Shown: in pieces, positions 8,401 through 16,357 of the stretch
Numbering within the stretch: position 1 is the stretch's first letter
How the letters are laid out: the number at the start of each line of letters is the position of its first letter
Source: Bdellovibrionota bacterium
GTDB taxonomy: Bacteria; Bdellovibrionota_C; UBA2361; JBIKWN01
Length of the DNA stretch: 22,586 nt
Direction of reading: 5' to 3'
Assembly: GCA_044356295.1 (NCBI GenBank)
Contig: JBIKWN010000037.1
Location: 1-22,586, forward strand
Made by a program: the position numbers and the translations under genes
The notes under the pieces: generated by a model
Database searches by the model: none
Told to the model about the DNA's origin: nothing
What the model saw: the letters and a program-made list of their open reading frames with translations, nothing else

Positions 8401-8805
8401 GTTGAAACTCGGTGAGTCTTGTACTTTCGTATAGAGTCTGACTGCCCAAGTCAGTACACCATGCAGAGATTTAACGATCTCAATTCCGTCATACTGACGA
8501 ATCTGAACATCACTGTGTGCTGCTTGGTTTCCGATTTTGTGAATCAGTCTTATGTATTGAAAGAGACCAGAGGGAGAGACGAGCTTTTGAAATGTTGGTT
8601 CGTGAATCAGGGCTGAAAGATTGTCTTGATATGGTCTCTTTAAGGAACTGTCATAGTCATAAAGCCATTTGACAATCTTTTCTAATGCACGTCTGGCGTA
8701 GAATGCGGATGTTCTTGGTTGAGTTAAAGCGTACTGCTCTGCATGGGAGGCATCTTCCTTTAACTTTGACCATTGAAGGGGGATGAAGTCGAAGTTAGAG
8801 GGCAT
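5422..8805 (-). CDS. hsdR: Type I restriction enzyme R subunit (EcoAI/EcoEI-like), about 1127 aa
   Basis: Nuclease motif 'FVDYVLW...IVEAKR'; helicase motifs MATGTGKT, DEAH, GLTATP and QMIGRGTR; EcoEI-type C-terminus. The start is placed at the ATG at 8805 (MPSNFDF) behind AGGAGG, rather than at the ORF-track start 8883. Confidence 0.96.
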   Translation of the reverse strand: MPSNFDFIPLQWSKLKEDASHAEQYALTQPRTSAFYARRALEKIVKWLYDYDSSLKRPYQDNLSALIHEPTFQKLVSPSGLFQYIRLIHKIGNQAAHSDVQIRQYDGIEIVKSLHGVLTWAVRLYTKVQDSPSFNSSLVPSIDASAVIKESKRTIEELQARLQSEDDRFECGRKELQKNEEEIARLQKEVEELKARNIQRVKETPQIITEADTRKWIIDVMLRESGWDKFVDARDVEYPVKGMPNSKGEGFVDYVLWGDDGLPLGIVEAKRTSKDPIEGQRQAELYADCLEKETGQRPIIYYTNGYDIWVWDDRVYPPRPVQGYATKDELQLLINRRKTKGSLRDIEPNRDIINRPYQIEAAARVVERLEIERQRRSLLVMATGTGKTRMSIALVEILMRQNWIKRVLFLADRTALVKQAKKRFAEHLPNVGAINIVSETEEENTRLVFSTYHSMMNLIDESKTDGKKRFGTNYFDLIIIDEAHRSVYHKFKAIFEYFDSLLIGLTATPRSEVGKDTYGLFNCENNVPTHWYELDQAIADKYLVEPRPIVVPTKFHRDGIKYDELSPEEQDEYEETFFDDETGTMPKEIEPAALNSWLFNKDTVDKVLAHLMQNGIKIEGGDKLGKSIIFAKNHNHAVFIEERFNVNYPHLAGKFLRVIDNQVKYADTLIDVFDVSTKDPFIAVSVDMLDTGIDIEEIVNLVFFKRVKSRTKFWQMIGRGTRLCEDLFGQGQDKQCFYIFDYCENFEFFGKNPKGIEAQTQESIKEKIFKRRLQIARLLDVDANKNDDLKALHNELLDQLHTQVATANIESFVVRPHRRYVEKYIERETWDNLKPNDYHDISKHLSGLPYPDTDDEFARRFDLLCLNLAVSFIEVTKRQEGYKESVVDLARGLEKKKNIPAVASKLDYIKTIQSEDYWENLTVPAVERLRKELRELIKFIDHDSGISSVYTNFEDKFGEAVEVREFIPGHRDRENYRLKVERFVREHQDHITIRRLMRNKPITLGDIQGLEEILFSDQGIGDRGQFEKTFGKQSLGKFIRSIVGLDRDAAKEVFGEFLVGKNLSADQITFINQIVEHLVKNGVMNPDRLFEQPFTDFHAEGLAGVFPNDAERILAVIDDVNRRAEAA

Positions 8806-9997
8806 GAACCTCCTGACGTGTTCGTCTTCCCTGAGATGACAGACACGTATGTATGCCCTTCTCAGAAAAAAGAACTTTGCCAAGGTTGGCGATAAGCCTA
8901 TCGTTCCACTGCAAGCTCTGACTCATTCTCGAATCTGCCTCCTGTAATTTGCAGGCTAGATTCACAAACCTTTCTTGTATCTCTAATGGAGGTAGCATTA
9001 TCGGAAGCTGCTTGAGCTTAATCCCCGTTAGATGTGCAATTGTGGCACTGCTAGTATGCTCAATGAGTCCTCCTCGTTCAGCCAACACACGCATGAAGTA
9101 AGAAAGGTATTCAGGCAGGAGATACCGAATATTGGGACGAACTCTGTGAAGTGCCTTCTGGAAATACATTTCTTGTTTTTCCTCTCTCCATACCGCACAC
9201 CTTCCAACTTCTCCACCTTCACAAATCATTACATCACCTTCACGAAGAGCGAACTCTTGTCTATCTGACTCATCGAAATCCATCTGATAAATCGCGCTCA
9301 AATCAAAGTAGCCCCACTTAACATTAGTGTTGCGAAGATAGGGTCTAGGATTGAGCCCAGTCTGCTTCTTGCCATCAAGCATCTTACCGAGCCTGGTTTC
9401 AGCTACATCGACTAAAGCCTTTTGATTCCAATTCATGGAGTTCTGACTTGGATCTCCAAACATTTCCAAAAACACTGATCGCAAAAAGGAATCAGTTAGC
9501 TCAATCGCCTTCTCACGCTTTTGGCGAATGGCATCTGCTTTTTCGAGGATTGCAGCGATGCGTTTTTGTTCGGGGAGAGGAGGGAGAGGAACTAATGTTT
9601 CAAGAAACTCTCTCCGATTGATGTGCTTCATGGTCGAGCCATGGGTATGTTTCATCATTGATCGAATTGAAGACTTCAAAACTATCTTCAAATAAGGCAG
9701 ATGCACCTTGTCTTTGAATGGAACAACTTTGAAGATGTGTTGGTTCAACACTGCTGTGTCAGCTTCAGTCCATTCAAATACGTCAAGCGTGGCAGACCAC
9801 GAAACCAGTATTGTTCCAGGGGCAACAAGATACTTTGGGTCAACAACTTTGTTGGTTCGATTATATGGCTTTGTTGGATCGCTAAGATTTTGAATCCTGA
9901 TGATTCTTCGCCCTTCAGATTGCCAGTCTGATGGTTTGAATGCCATCCCGTTTATAAAATCTGCGATTTCACCGAGGGGGACTTGATGAGACTTCAT
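8795..9997 (-). CDS. hsdS: Type I R-M specificity subunit
   Basis: Two TRDs separated by the conserved region 'PLPPLPEQKRIAAILEKADAIRQKR...LRSVFLEMFGDP', with a second 'LPPLEIQERF' repeat. Overlaps the hsdM stop and the hsdR start. Confidence 0.95.
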   Translation of the reverse strand: MKSHQVPLGEIADFINGMAFKPSDWQSEGRRIIRIQNLSDPTKPYNRTNKVVDPKYLVAPGTILVSWSATLDVFEWTEADTAVLNQHIFKVVPFKDKVHLPYLKIVLKSSIRSMMKHTHGSTMKHINRREFLETLVPLPPLPEQKRIAAILEKADAIRQKREKAIELTDSFLRSVFLEMFGDPSQNSMNWNQKALVDVAETRLGKMLDGKKQTGLNPRPYLRNTNVKWGYFDLSAIYQMDFDESDRQEFALREGDVMICEGGEVGRCAVWREEKQEMYFQKALHRVRPNIRYLLPEYLSYFMRVLAERGGLIEHTSSATIAHLTGIKLKQLPIMLPPLEIQERFVNLACKLQEADSRMSQSLQWNDRLIANLGKVLFSEKGIHTCLSSQGRRTRQEVHAL

Positions 9998-11478
9998 GCC
10001 AACATTCCCCTTAAATCATTAAGGTCTTTTCTAATCTCTTCCTCAATTTGATCGAGTTGGTCCAGAATCAAAGCAGGTGCCACATATTCAACCTCTTCAT
10101 GCTCGTGATGCCTGTACTTGTTTATAGACAAATCATAATGGTTCTCAACAATCTCACTCTTAGGCACAAAGAACGCCTTCCCATTCCTCTCCGTATCTTT
10201 CTTCGGATCTCTTTTCGCCCACTCCTCAAGAATGTCTGAAATATCATTCTTAGCAATCGGATCACGCTTATCATCCAAGCTGAACCCATCTGCTTCCATG
10301 TCATAAAACCAAACATGATCGGTTCCACCTGAGTTGGTTTTAGTAAAGATCATGATTGCAGTTGAAACGCCTGCATAAGGCTTAAAAACACCTGAAGGCA
10401 TAGAGATGATGCCGTCTAGCTTGTGACCTTCTACAAGGCTTTGACGAATCTGAGCATGGGCGTTTGATGAACCGAAGAGAACGCCATCAGGCACAATGCA
10501 GGCGCATCTTCCACCTGGCTTTAGCTGCTGCAAAAAAAGTGAAAGAAAAAGAAGCTCGGTCTTTTTGGTTTTACTTAACGCCAAAAGATCGCTTGATACT
10601 TCATCGTAGTTAAGTGAACCCGTAAATGGAGGGTTAGCTAAGATCAAGGTATATGCATTACGCATTCCCTTGCCTGTCTCAGAGAGTGCATCAACTCTAT
10701 CAATATGCGGATTTTCAACACCATGAAGCACCATGTTCATTGCGCCAATACGGAGCATTGAAGCGTCAAAGTCAGTTCCGCAAAACAGCTTGTTATTGAA
10801 ATGAGCCTTCTTCTTCTCATCGTGAAAGATATCGGGATGAACTCTGCGAAGGTATTCCCCTATCTCAACTAGGAAACCACATGTTCCACAGGCAGGATCG
10901 TTCACGATGTCATCTGGCTTCGGCTGCATTAAGTCAACCATCAACTTGATGATGTGCCTTGGAGTTCGGAACTGACCGTTAGTACCAGCAGAGGCAATCT
11001 TTGAAAGTAGATATTCGTAGAGATCGCCTTTGGTATCTCTATCTTCCATCGGAATATCGTTGAGCAGGTCAACGACACGAGCAAAGAGTGATGGGGTTGG
11101 AATTACGAAGACCGCATCTTTCATGAACCTAGCGTATGCGCTTTCGTTGCCACTTGATTGGCGATTGGGAAGGGTCTCTTTAATAAATGGAAATACTTTA
11201 TCTCTGAAAAGTTCATACATCTTTTCAGGTGAGCCAAGGTCTTTGAAACGAGACCAACGAAGGCTCTGCTCTTGATCGTTCTCTAAAAAGATTGGTTCTT
11301 CGATAGGTTTCTTTAGGAGATTAGCTTTCTTTTCACGGGCAGTATGTAGTTCGTCTAGTCTACGTACAAAAAGTAAGTAAGTAATTTGCTCTATAACTGT
11401 GAGGCCATTAGAAATTCCACCTGACCAAAAAGCATCCCAAACCTTGTCTACTTTTGATTTTAATTCACCGGTGATCAT
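9994..11478 (-). CDS. hsdM: Type I R-M N6-adenine methyltransferase subunit
   Basis: 'GQFRTPRHII', motif I 'DPACGTCGFL', motif IV 'NPPF', and an HsdM N-terminus 'MITGELKSKVDKVWDAFWSGG'. Confidence 0.97.
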   Translation of the reverse strand: MITGELKSKVDKVWDAFWSGGISNGLTVIEQITYLLFVRRLDELHTAREKKANLLKKPIEEPIFLENDQEQSLRWSRFKDLGSPEKMYELFRDKVFPFIKETLPNRQSSGNESAYARFMKDAVFVIPTPSLFARVVDLLNDIPMEDRDTKGDLYEYLLSKIASAGTNGQFRTPRHIIKLMVDLMQPKPDDIVNDPACGTCGFLVEIGEYLRRVHPDIFHDEKKKAHFNNKLFCGTDFDASMLRIGAMNMVLHGVENPHIDRVDALSETGKGMRNAYTLILANPPFTGSLNYDEVSSDLLALSKTKKTELLFLSLFLQQLKPGGRCACIVPDGVLFGSSNAHAQIRQSLVEGHKLDGIISMPSGVFKPYAGVSTAIMIFTKTNSGGTDHVWFYDMEADGFSLDDKRDPIAKNDISDILEEWAKRDPKKDTERNGKAFFVPKSEIVENHYDLSINKYRHHEHEEVEYVAPALILDQLDQIEEEIRKDLNDLRGMLA

Positions 11479-11618
11479 ACTATTTATACCTAATTTAAGC
11501 GTCTAATATCGCATAAAGTTGTTTTACATTACAGCTATTTATATCGTTTTTTCGAGAGACCTTCATTGTGAAAAGATCTTGTTTATCGCGTGATGAAAAC
11601 CACATATAGTATCAAAAT

Positions 11619-11647
11619 TGAACTTGTAAGCCTTATTTACAAGTTCA
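11619..11647. promoter_or_regulatory. Perfect 11-bp inverted repeat between mrr and hsdM (operator, terminator or recombination site)
   Basis: tgaacttgtaa-gccttat-ttacaagttca. Confidence 0.55.
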
Positions 11648-11697
11648 CCAGAGAATACAAAAAAATTAGTATTTAAAATAAAACAGCTGCGAAAATG

Positions 11698-12699
11698 TTA
11701 AGCCGGCCAATAAATCCGCTTTAAAGGCACCATCGCCCGAATCTCAGGGTCTAAATTATCATAATGCTCAATAACACTCTCAACCAAGTAATCTAAATTC
11801 ATCAGTGTCAACGGAATTGTCGCCCTATCAGCTTCATACTGTGCATCTTTAGTAAACCCACCAGTACTAACATAAAGCCCTTTATCATCCTTATGCCGCC
11901 CACCAAGAAAACTTCTAATCTCCTGCGACCCCATTGATGCTTGACGGTGCTTAACTTCAACTATTATCCGAGGCTGCTCAAATCCAAACCCATCTGGTGA
12001 AGCAACAATATCCCGCCCTCTATCACTTCCAGCTGGCGAAATTTTGGTTTTATAGCCCATCGCACGAAGCATTCCTGCCACAAGTTCCTGCATTTGCTCC
12101 CAATTAAGCCTGATAAGCATGTCTTTGATAAATTCACGGGATTGCCCTTGAACATCTTCGAGTAGTTCAGATTTTTCAGTATCAAGTTCGTCAGGCTCGG
12201 ACGTGATACCTTTAGACTGCGTACTAGTTCCTTTATTTGAGGAAAGCATTTCATCAAGTACTTCTTTTGAAACTAAAAAGAGCGTCGCGATTGAGCCAAG
12301 CTTATTTTTAGCCTGAATGCTTAAGGTGTCTCTACTTACAGAATCTGTCCATGTAATAGGCCTTGTATGCTTTTGTTCTGCCCGAGTTGAATCGAACTTG
12401 TAGGAGCCAGTTACTTTTCCTATCCAGTACATTCGAGTATCAGAATTATAGGTTACAACGAAATCATCATTTTGGATGTCCTTTGAAAATCGGTAGAGCA
12501 TGCCTGCTGTAAGTATTGATTTTCCTTTGGAATATTCCGGGTAAGAATTAATGACTGCTTCTAAAATACTTTCTCTTGAATTAAAGCGAGATAAATCACC
12601 TACGTTATCCCAGCCAAGTGTAACTGTGCTGGTGAATAAAAATTGATCAATATTTTCAGCAGCTCTACCTGCTCGAATCATCCAATTGCTCTTATTCAT
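11698..12699 (-). CDS. mrr: Mrr-family (type IV) restriction endonuclease with an N-terminal putative modified-base reader domain
   Basis: Mrr_cat motifs 'MQELVAGMLRAMGY...GSDRGRDIVA...IIVEVKH...IRSFLG...GLYVSTGGFTKDA', plus an N-terminal 'WMIRAG...GW...' domain typical of this subfamily. Confidence 0.9.
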   Translation of the reverse strand: MNKSNWMIRAGRAAENIDQFLFTSTVTLGWDNVGDLSRFNSRESILEAVINSYPEYSKGKSILTAGMLYRFSKDIQNDDFVVTYNSDTRMYWIGKVTGSYKFDSTRAEQKHTRPITWTDSVSRDTLSIQAKNKLGSIATLFLVSKEVLDEMLSSNKGTSTQSKGITSEPDELDTEKSELLEDVQGQSREFIKDMLIRLNWEQMQELVAGMLRAMGYKTKISPAGSDRGRDIVASPDGFGFEQPRIIVEVKHRQASMGSQEIRSFLGGRHKDDKGLYVSTGGFTKDAQYEADRATIPLTLMNLDYLVESVIEHYDNLDPEIRAMVPLKRIYWPA

Positions 12700-12766
12700 A
12701 GTGTTTCTATCTCACTTCGTCATGGTCTAAACAAGACCTACTATATTCTAAGTTGATGGTGATTTC

Positions 12767-13387
12767 TTATCTTTTATCAACCAGTTCCCACAAAATAATC
12801 CTTGCAATCCATGCAGGTGCTTTTGGTGCATCAAGCTTAAGCCGCTTTTTGTCCTCGATAACTAGTTTGCGTTTAATCTTAAGAATTAATTGTGGGGTAA
12901 TATTATTTGCACCTACATGTTTTAATGCTTGAATGATAGTTCCCGATATTGTCCCAGCCACTTTCATATTCTTGGGAGTTGTATTCTTGAATGTAATTTC
13001 ACCGCCGTTTATTTTGACTTTTCTGCTTAAGCCGTCCGTCAGAAAGACGAGTTTACTAGGAACTTGCTCAGTTAGTCCTAGCAGATTTGCAGCGTACGCA
13101 CCTGATGGCTGTATTCGTATTTGATATTTACGTGCTAGTGCTTCTGCGACTTTCGATAGCCGTGGCGGCAGTACCCCTAGTAATTTATGCCTTTCAGGGT
13201 AGTCATATATGCCATGTCCAATTCTGCGGAGGACTCCTGCATCAACTAGGCGGGAAAGGGATTTCCGAATGCTTGCGGAATTTTCCAAATCAAGAAAGTC
13301 ATTCTGAGTAAACACCCAACCCCTCTTCTTGCCATAAATCCGACTTAGTATAGTAATTTTAGCTGGTTGCAGGGATTTTATGAGCAT
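12767..13387 (-). CDS. DUF6088 / AbiEi-like (type IV TA antitoxin-type) wHTH regulator, with no adjacent toxin
   Basis: 'VFTQNDFLDL...SIRKSLSRLVDAGVLRRIGHGIYDYP...PSGAYAANLLGLTEQVP....FLTDG.SR...IIQALKHVG....APAWI'. Confidence 0.88.
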   Translation of the reverse strand: MLIKSLQPAKITILSRIYGKKRGWVFTQNDFLDLENSASIRKSLSRLVDAGVLRRIGHGIYDYPERHKLLGVLPPRLSKVAEALARKYQIRIQPSGAYAANLLGLTEQVPSKLVFLTDGLSRKVKINGGEITFKNTTPKNMKVAGTISGTIIQALKHVGANNITPQLILKIKRKLVIEDKKRLKLDAPKAPAWIARIILWELVDKR

Positions 13388-13392
13388 AGATT

Positions 13393-13420
13393 GTCACATA
13401 TATTAGTAAATATTTGTGAC
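13393..13420. promoter_or_regulatory. Inverted repeat directly upstream of the AbiEi-like gene; likely autoregulatory operator
   Basis: gtcacatatatt-agta-aatatttgtgac (11/12 match), 5 nt from the start codon. AbiEi proteins are known to repress their own promoters via inverted repeats. Confidence 0.65.
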
Positions 13421-13510
13421 GCTTGAAATAGTTTTTCGAGGGTTAAAATCCTGGCTTATAAAACCCTAGCCTAACTATGCAATCATCACAGGCCAAATAA
13501 ATAATCCCTA

Positions 13511-13960
13511 CTAAGCAACAAGCTTCATAGTATCAACAAAAATACCGCCACCCTGATCCTTAGGAACCACTTCAAGCAAAGAGTAAACTTCTGTAAAGAC
13601 CTTTGGTTTTGTTGATATACGACTTTGAATAAACAGCCGAATATCCTTTTCAATTCCCCAAGCCATGTCTGTAGATTTATGAAGCTTTTTCTCCCACTTC
13701 ATTACTGCAACATGAGAAACACAAAACCTTTGTGCAAATGCACTTAAGGTCATTTCAAAATGTCTTCTAATAAACCTAACGTGTGCACCTGTTAGGCGAC
13801 CTTGGAGGGATACTAGTTGTCTCAGTATCTCACGATCCAGTGACTTATAATTGATCTTTGGCATCCACTCACCACGAACATATACAAATTCTACGTTACT
13901 TAGAACCACAGGAAAACCGACTAGATTATCAACATAACGTTTTACGATTTTTGTTTTCAT
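13511..13960 (-). CDS. MqsA-like HTH antitoxin (lacks the zinc-binding cysteines)
   Basis: 'RLTGAHVRFIRRHFEMTLSAFAQRFCVSHVAVMKWEK' XRE HTH. Begins 4 nt after the DUF4258 gene. Confidence 0.75.
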   Translation of the reverse strand: MKTKIVKRYVDNLVGFPVVLSNVEFVYVRGEWMPKINYKSLDREILRQLVSLQGRLTGAHVRFIRRHFEMTLSAFAQRFCVSHVAVMKWEKKLHKSTDMAWGIEKDIRLFIQSRISTKPKVFTEVYSLLEVVPKDQGGGIFVDTMKLVA

Positions 13961-13964
13961 ATTC

Positions 13965-14267
13965 TTACTCTATATCAATGACAGTAATAATCAGCAGACC
14001 GAAATCATCGAAACTTACTATTACTCGGATATCTTTAATTTCATCAACCTTGCCTCTTAATGCATACTTCCAACAGCGATAATGAAAATCAAAAGCATCT
14101 TTCGATTTCTCGTGGTAACCATTGAGCAATACTTCAGTTACATCATTACGACTAACATCACGCTGTGTCATTCGAATTCTAGCGTGCTCCGTATAGAGAT
14201 AATCGCCCGACTCAATGCATTTTCGTACCTTCAGAAGCAAATGCTTTTCTTTTACCGCTTTTTTCAT
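13965..14267 (-). CDS. DUF4258-family putative RelE-fold toxin
   Basis: 'YLYTEHARIRMTQRDVSRNDVTEVLLNG...KYALRG....DIRVIVSF....LLIITVI'. Confidence 0.85.
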   Translation of the reverse strand: MKKAVKEKHLLLKVRKCIESGDYLYTEHARIRMTQRDVSRNDVTEVLLNGYHEKSKDAFDFHYRCWKYALRGKVDEIKDIRVIVSFDDFGLLIITVIDIE

Positions 14268-14269
14268 AT

Positions 14270-14284
14270 TGTAACCTAGTTACA
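14270..14284. promoter_or_regulatory. Palindromic operator upstream of the DUF4258-HTH TA operon
   Basis: TGTAAC-CTA-GTTACA, a perfect 6-bp inverted repeat 2 nt from the annotated ATG and overlapping a TACAAT hexamer on the minus strand. Confidence 0.6.
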
Positions 14285-14554
14285 TTTTCTTGCATAGCTC
14301 TATTTAGAACCAATATCCCACTGCGGGATTGAAGTTTTCATTATTTAATTTCGACAATAATTTCAGAAAGTTTCCTAGATTATCGTTGGTACTTGTGGAA
14401 TTTATTGCGAATGTATTCGTATAACGAAGAGCCAACTTTATTAGTTTTACTTTTATATTCGAAGTCTGTAGGGGGTTTATGGGTCTAGACTGATTTTAAT
14501 TAAAAACGCGTCCTCTTAGAGTAAGAACCCCATTCTTGGTACAATTCCCAATAA

Positions 14555-15589
14555 ATGCCCTCACAATCACAACCACCACATTGGCAAACCCCATGGCAAA
14601 ACGCCCTCCAGATCGACGGTCTCTTCGAATCATCTAACGGCATATCAGGTCGACAAATCCTCGCACAAAACATCTGCGATGAACTTACTGATATTCTAAA
14701 ACTCGATCGCATACCAAGCCATCTCATTCCACAGGTTCACATCGACTCCGAGTTTGGCTGTAGTTATAGATCGTTCTGGGCTACTAAAGGAGGCTTTTGC
14801 GATAAATTTCAAGCGCCATCAATCTTCATAGAAAAAGATTATCCCTTAAGAGCTCTCGTTGAAGAAGTTTCGCACTTTATTTTTGATTATTATCAATCTA
14901 GAAAAAGTTCAGATCCTACTGACACGCTACCTCCAGGTCATCAGTTTCAAAGTATCCGAGCAATCCCTATATACGATGAATCTCTTAATAGGTTTGTTAC
15001 CCAAGAGCATGTTACTGAAAAATTCCAGAATCCAAACGCAAGGCAGATTCTAAATGATGTATTTCTTACATACCAAGAAGCACTTGCTCACACATTAACC
15101 CAACTGTATTTCAAAAATAAAATTGAAAAAGAACCTGCTTTAACTGCTGCTGGTCTACAAATTGGAAATGCGTTTGCAGTCATGATTTCGGATTCATCAC
15201 TTCCAATTGCTCATATAAGTCATCAAGATCTAATCTACATTCCTCAATTTCCTGAAAATATCATAGAGCAAATCAAAGACAGAGGTATTATTGATGTACT
15301 TGCTGAGTGCGAGTACGAGCTTAGACAGCTTGCAAAAAGTGCAGAAGATTACTACTCACAACTTCCATCCCAGACTGGTAGACCTTTGTTAATGGATTTT
15401 GTTAAAGCAATTCCACATCTAAAGGGACTAGTAACTCACGGCTTTGGTTATACAATTGGTGATAGATGTGCTGATAGGATTTGTAAAAATCCAGAATCAC
15501 TTTCAGAATTTCTTAAACTTGCTACTAATCCTTCCTATTCTTTTTCTGAAGCATTAGAGGACCTAATTACATTTAGCGAAGCCTCTTAA
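14555..15589 (+). CDS. Hypothetical protein, possibly a zincin-like fold (EExxH variant)
   Basis: 344-aa open frame containing 'ALVEEVSHF', a later 'YQEALAH' and 'HGFGYTIG'. No family recognised with confidence. Confidence 0.6.
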   Translation: MPSQSQPPHWQTPWQNALQIDGLFESSNGISGRQILAQNICDELTDILKLDRIPSHLIPQVHIDSEFGCSYRSFWATKGGFCDKFQAPSIFIEKDYPLRALVEEVSHFIFDYYQSRKSSDPTDTLPPGHQFQSIRAIPIYDESLNRFVTQEHVTEKFQNPNARQILNDVFLTYQEALAHTLTQLYFKNKIEKEPALTAAGLQIGNAFAVMISDSSLPIAHISHQDLIYIPQFPENIIEQIKDRGIIDVLAECEYELRQLAKSAEDYYSQLPSQTGRPLLMDFVKAIPHLKGLVTHGFGYTIGDRCADRICKNPESLSEFLKLATNPSYSFSEALEDLITFSEAS

Positions 15590-15612
15590 ACTAGACTTTA
15601 TTAACTGTACCG

Positions 15613-16242
15613 CTACAAATCCACAACCACTGCTAAATTAACAATCTGATACTGCAATGAACAAAGTGAAGCATTCACATACCTAACTCCGTTTTCCACT
15701 TCCTCCCCATAAGCCTCATGAATATGTCCAAACACATGAAGCTTAATATTAGGTCTCTCAACAATAGCTTTATGAAGCTCTTCGCACCCAACATTTCCAC
15801 CTTTCGCTACTGAATCTAAGATCCCATATGGAGGTCCATGTGTAATAAGAACATCAGTATCAATCGGAATTTTGCTCCAAATTTTCTTTAATGGCATGCC
15901 GCGTTTTTCATTAAAAGCCCAATCAAAAAACCATGGCTGCCACGGGCTTCCGTAAAATTTCAATCCTTCAAGTTCAACTGATGAATCTTCTAAGTAAATT
16001 GCATTTGTAATTTCTTGTCTGGCCAATTCGGGAGTTTTTTGAAAACAAAAATCACAGTTTCCAGCTATAATAATCTTATGTTTATGTGGAAGAGTTTTTA
16101 GCCATTTATTAAAGAGTACGACTTCTTTTAAATCACCTTTATTGGAAAGGTCGCCTGCATGAATAAGTATGTCACCATCTGGTATAGACTTTATTTTATC
16201 GTGCAGTCCATGAGTATCACTAATAAGAACCAATCGAGGCAT
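15613..16242 (-). CDS. Calcineurin-like metallophosphoesterase (MPPED/239FB-like)
   Basis: Motifs SDTHG, HAGD, GNCD (normally GNHD/E), LITHGPP and VFGHIHE. Confidence 0.93.
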   Translation of the reverse strand: MPRLVLISDTHGLHDKIKSIPDGDILIHAGDLSNKGDLKEVVLFNKWLKTLPHKHKIIIAGNCDFCFQKTPELARQEITNAIYLEDSSVELEGLKFYGSPWQPWFFDWAFNEKRGMPLKKIWSKIPIDTDVLITHGPPYGILDSVAKGGNVGCEELHKAIVERPNIKLHVFGHIHEAYGEEVENGVRYVNASLCSLQYQIVNLAVVVDL

Positions 16243-16277
16243 ATAAAAAACTTCAACTTAAAAAATTACAGATAAAT

Positions 16278-16314
16278 TTTAGAAACAATACCATAGATTT
16301 TTATTGTTTCTAAA
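16278..16314. promoter_or_regulatory. Perfect 13-bp inverted repeat in the divergent metallophosphoesterase/radC promoter region
   Basis: tttagaaacaata-N11-tattgtttctaaa. Confidence 0.6.
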
Positions 16315-16357
16315 TTAAATAAGAAACTTCAAAAATTATTTCATCGATTACAATAAA

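Noticed and set aside
8806..8883. N-terminal 26 aa of the ORF-track HsdR
   Set aside because: It lies inside hsdS. The ATG at 8805 has an AGGAGG upstream and gives the typical 'MxSNFxF' start.
8795..9997. Phase-variable or shufflon-type hsdS
   Set aside because: Single hsdS with no silent TRD copies, no recombinase and no simple-sequence tract seen.
2628..12257. Numerous short antisense or alternate-frame ORFs inside the 984-aa gene, hsdR, hsdS, hsdM and mrr
   Set aside because: They are fully nested in well-supported genes and have no recognisable motifs, so they are treated as shadow ORFs.
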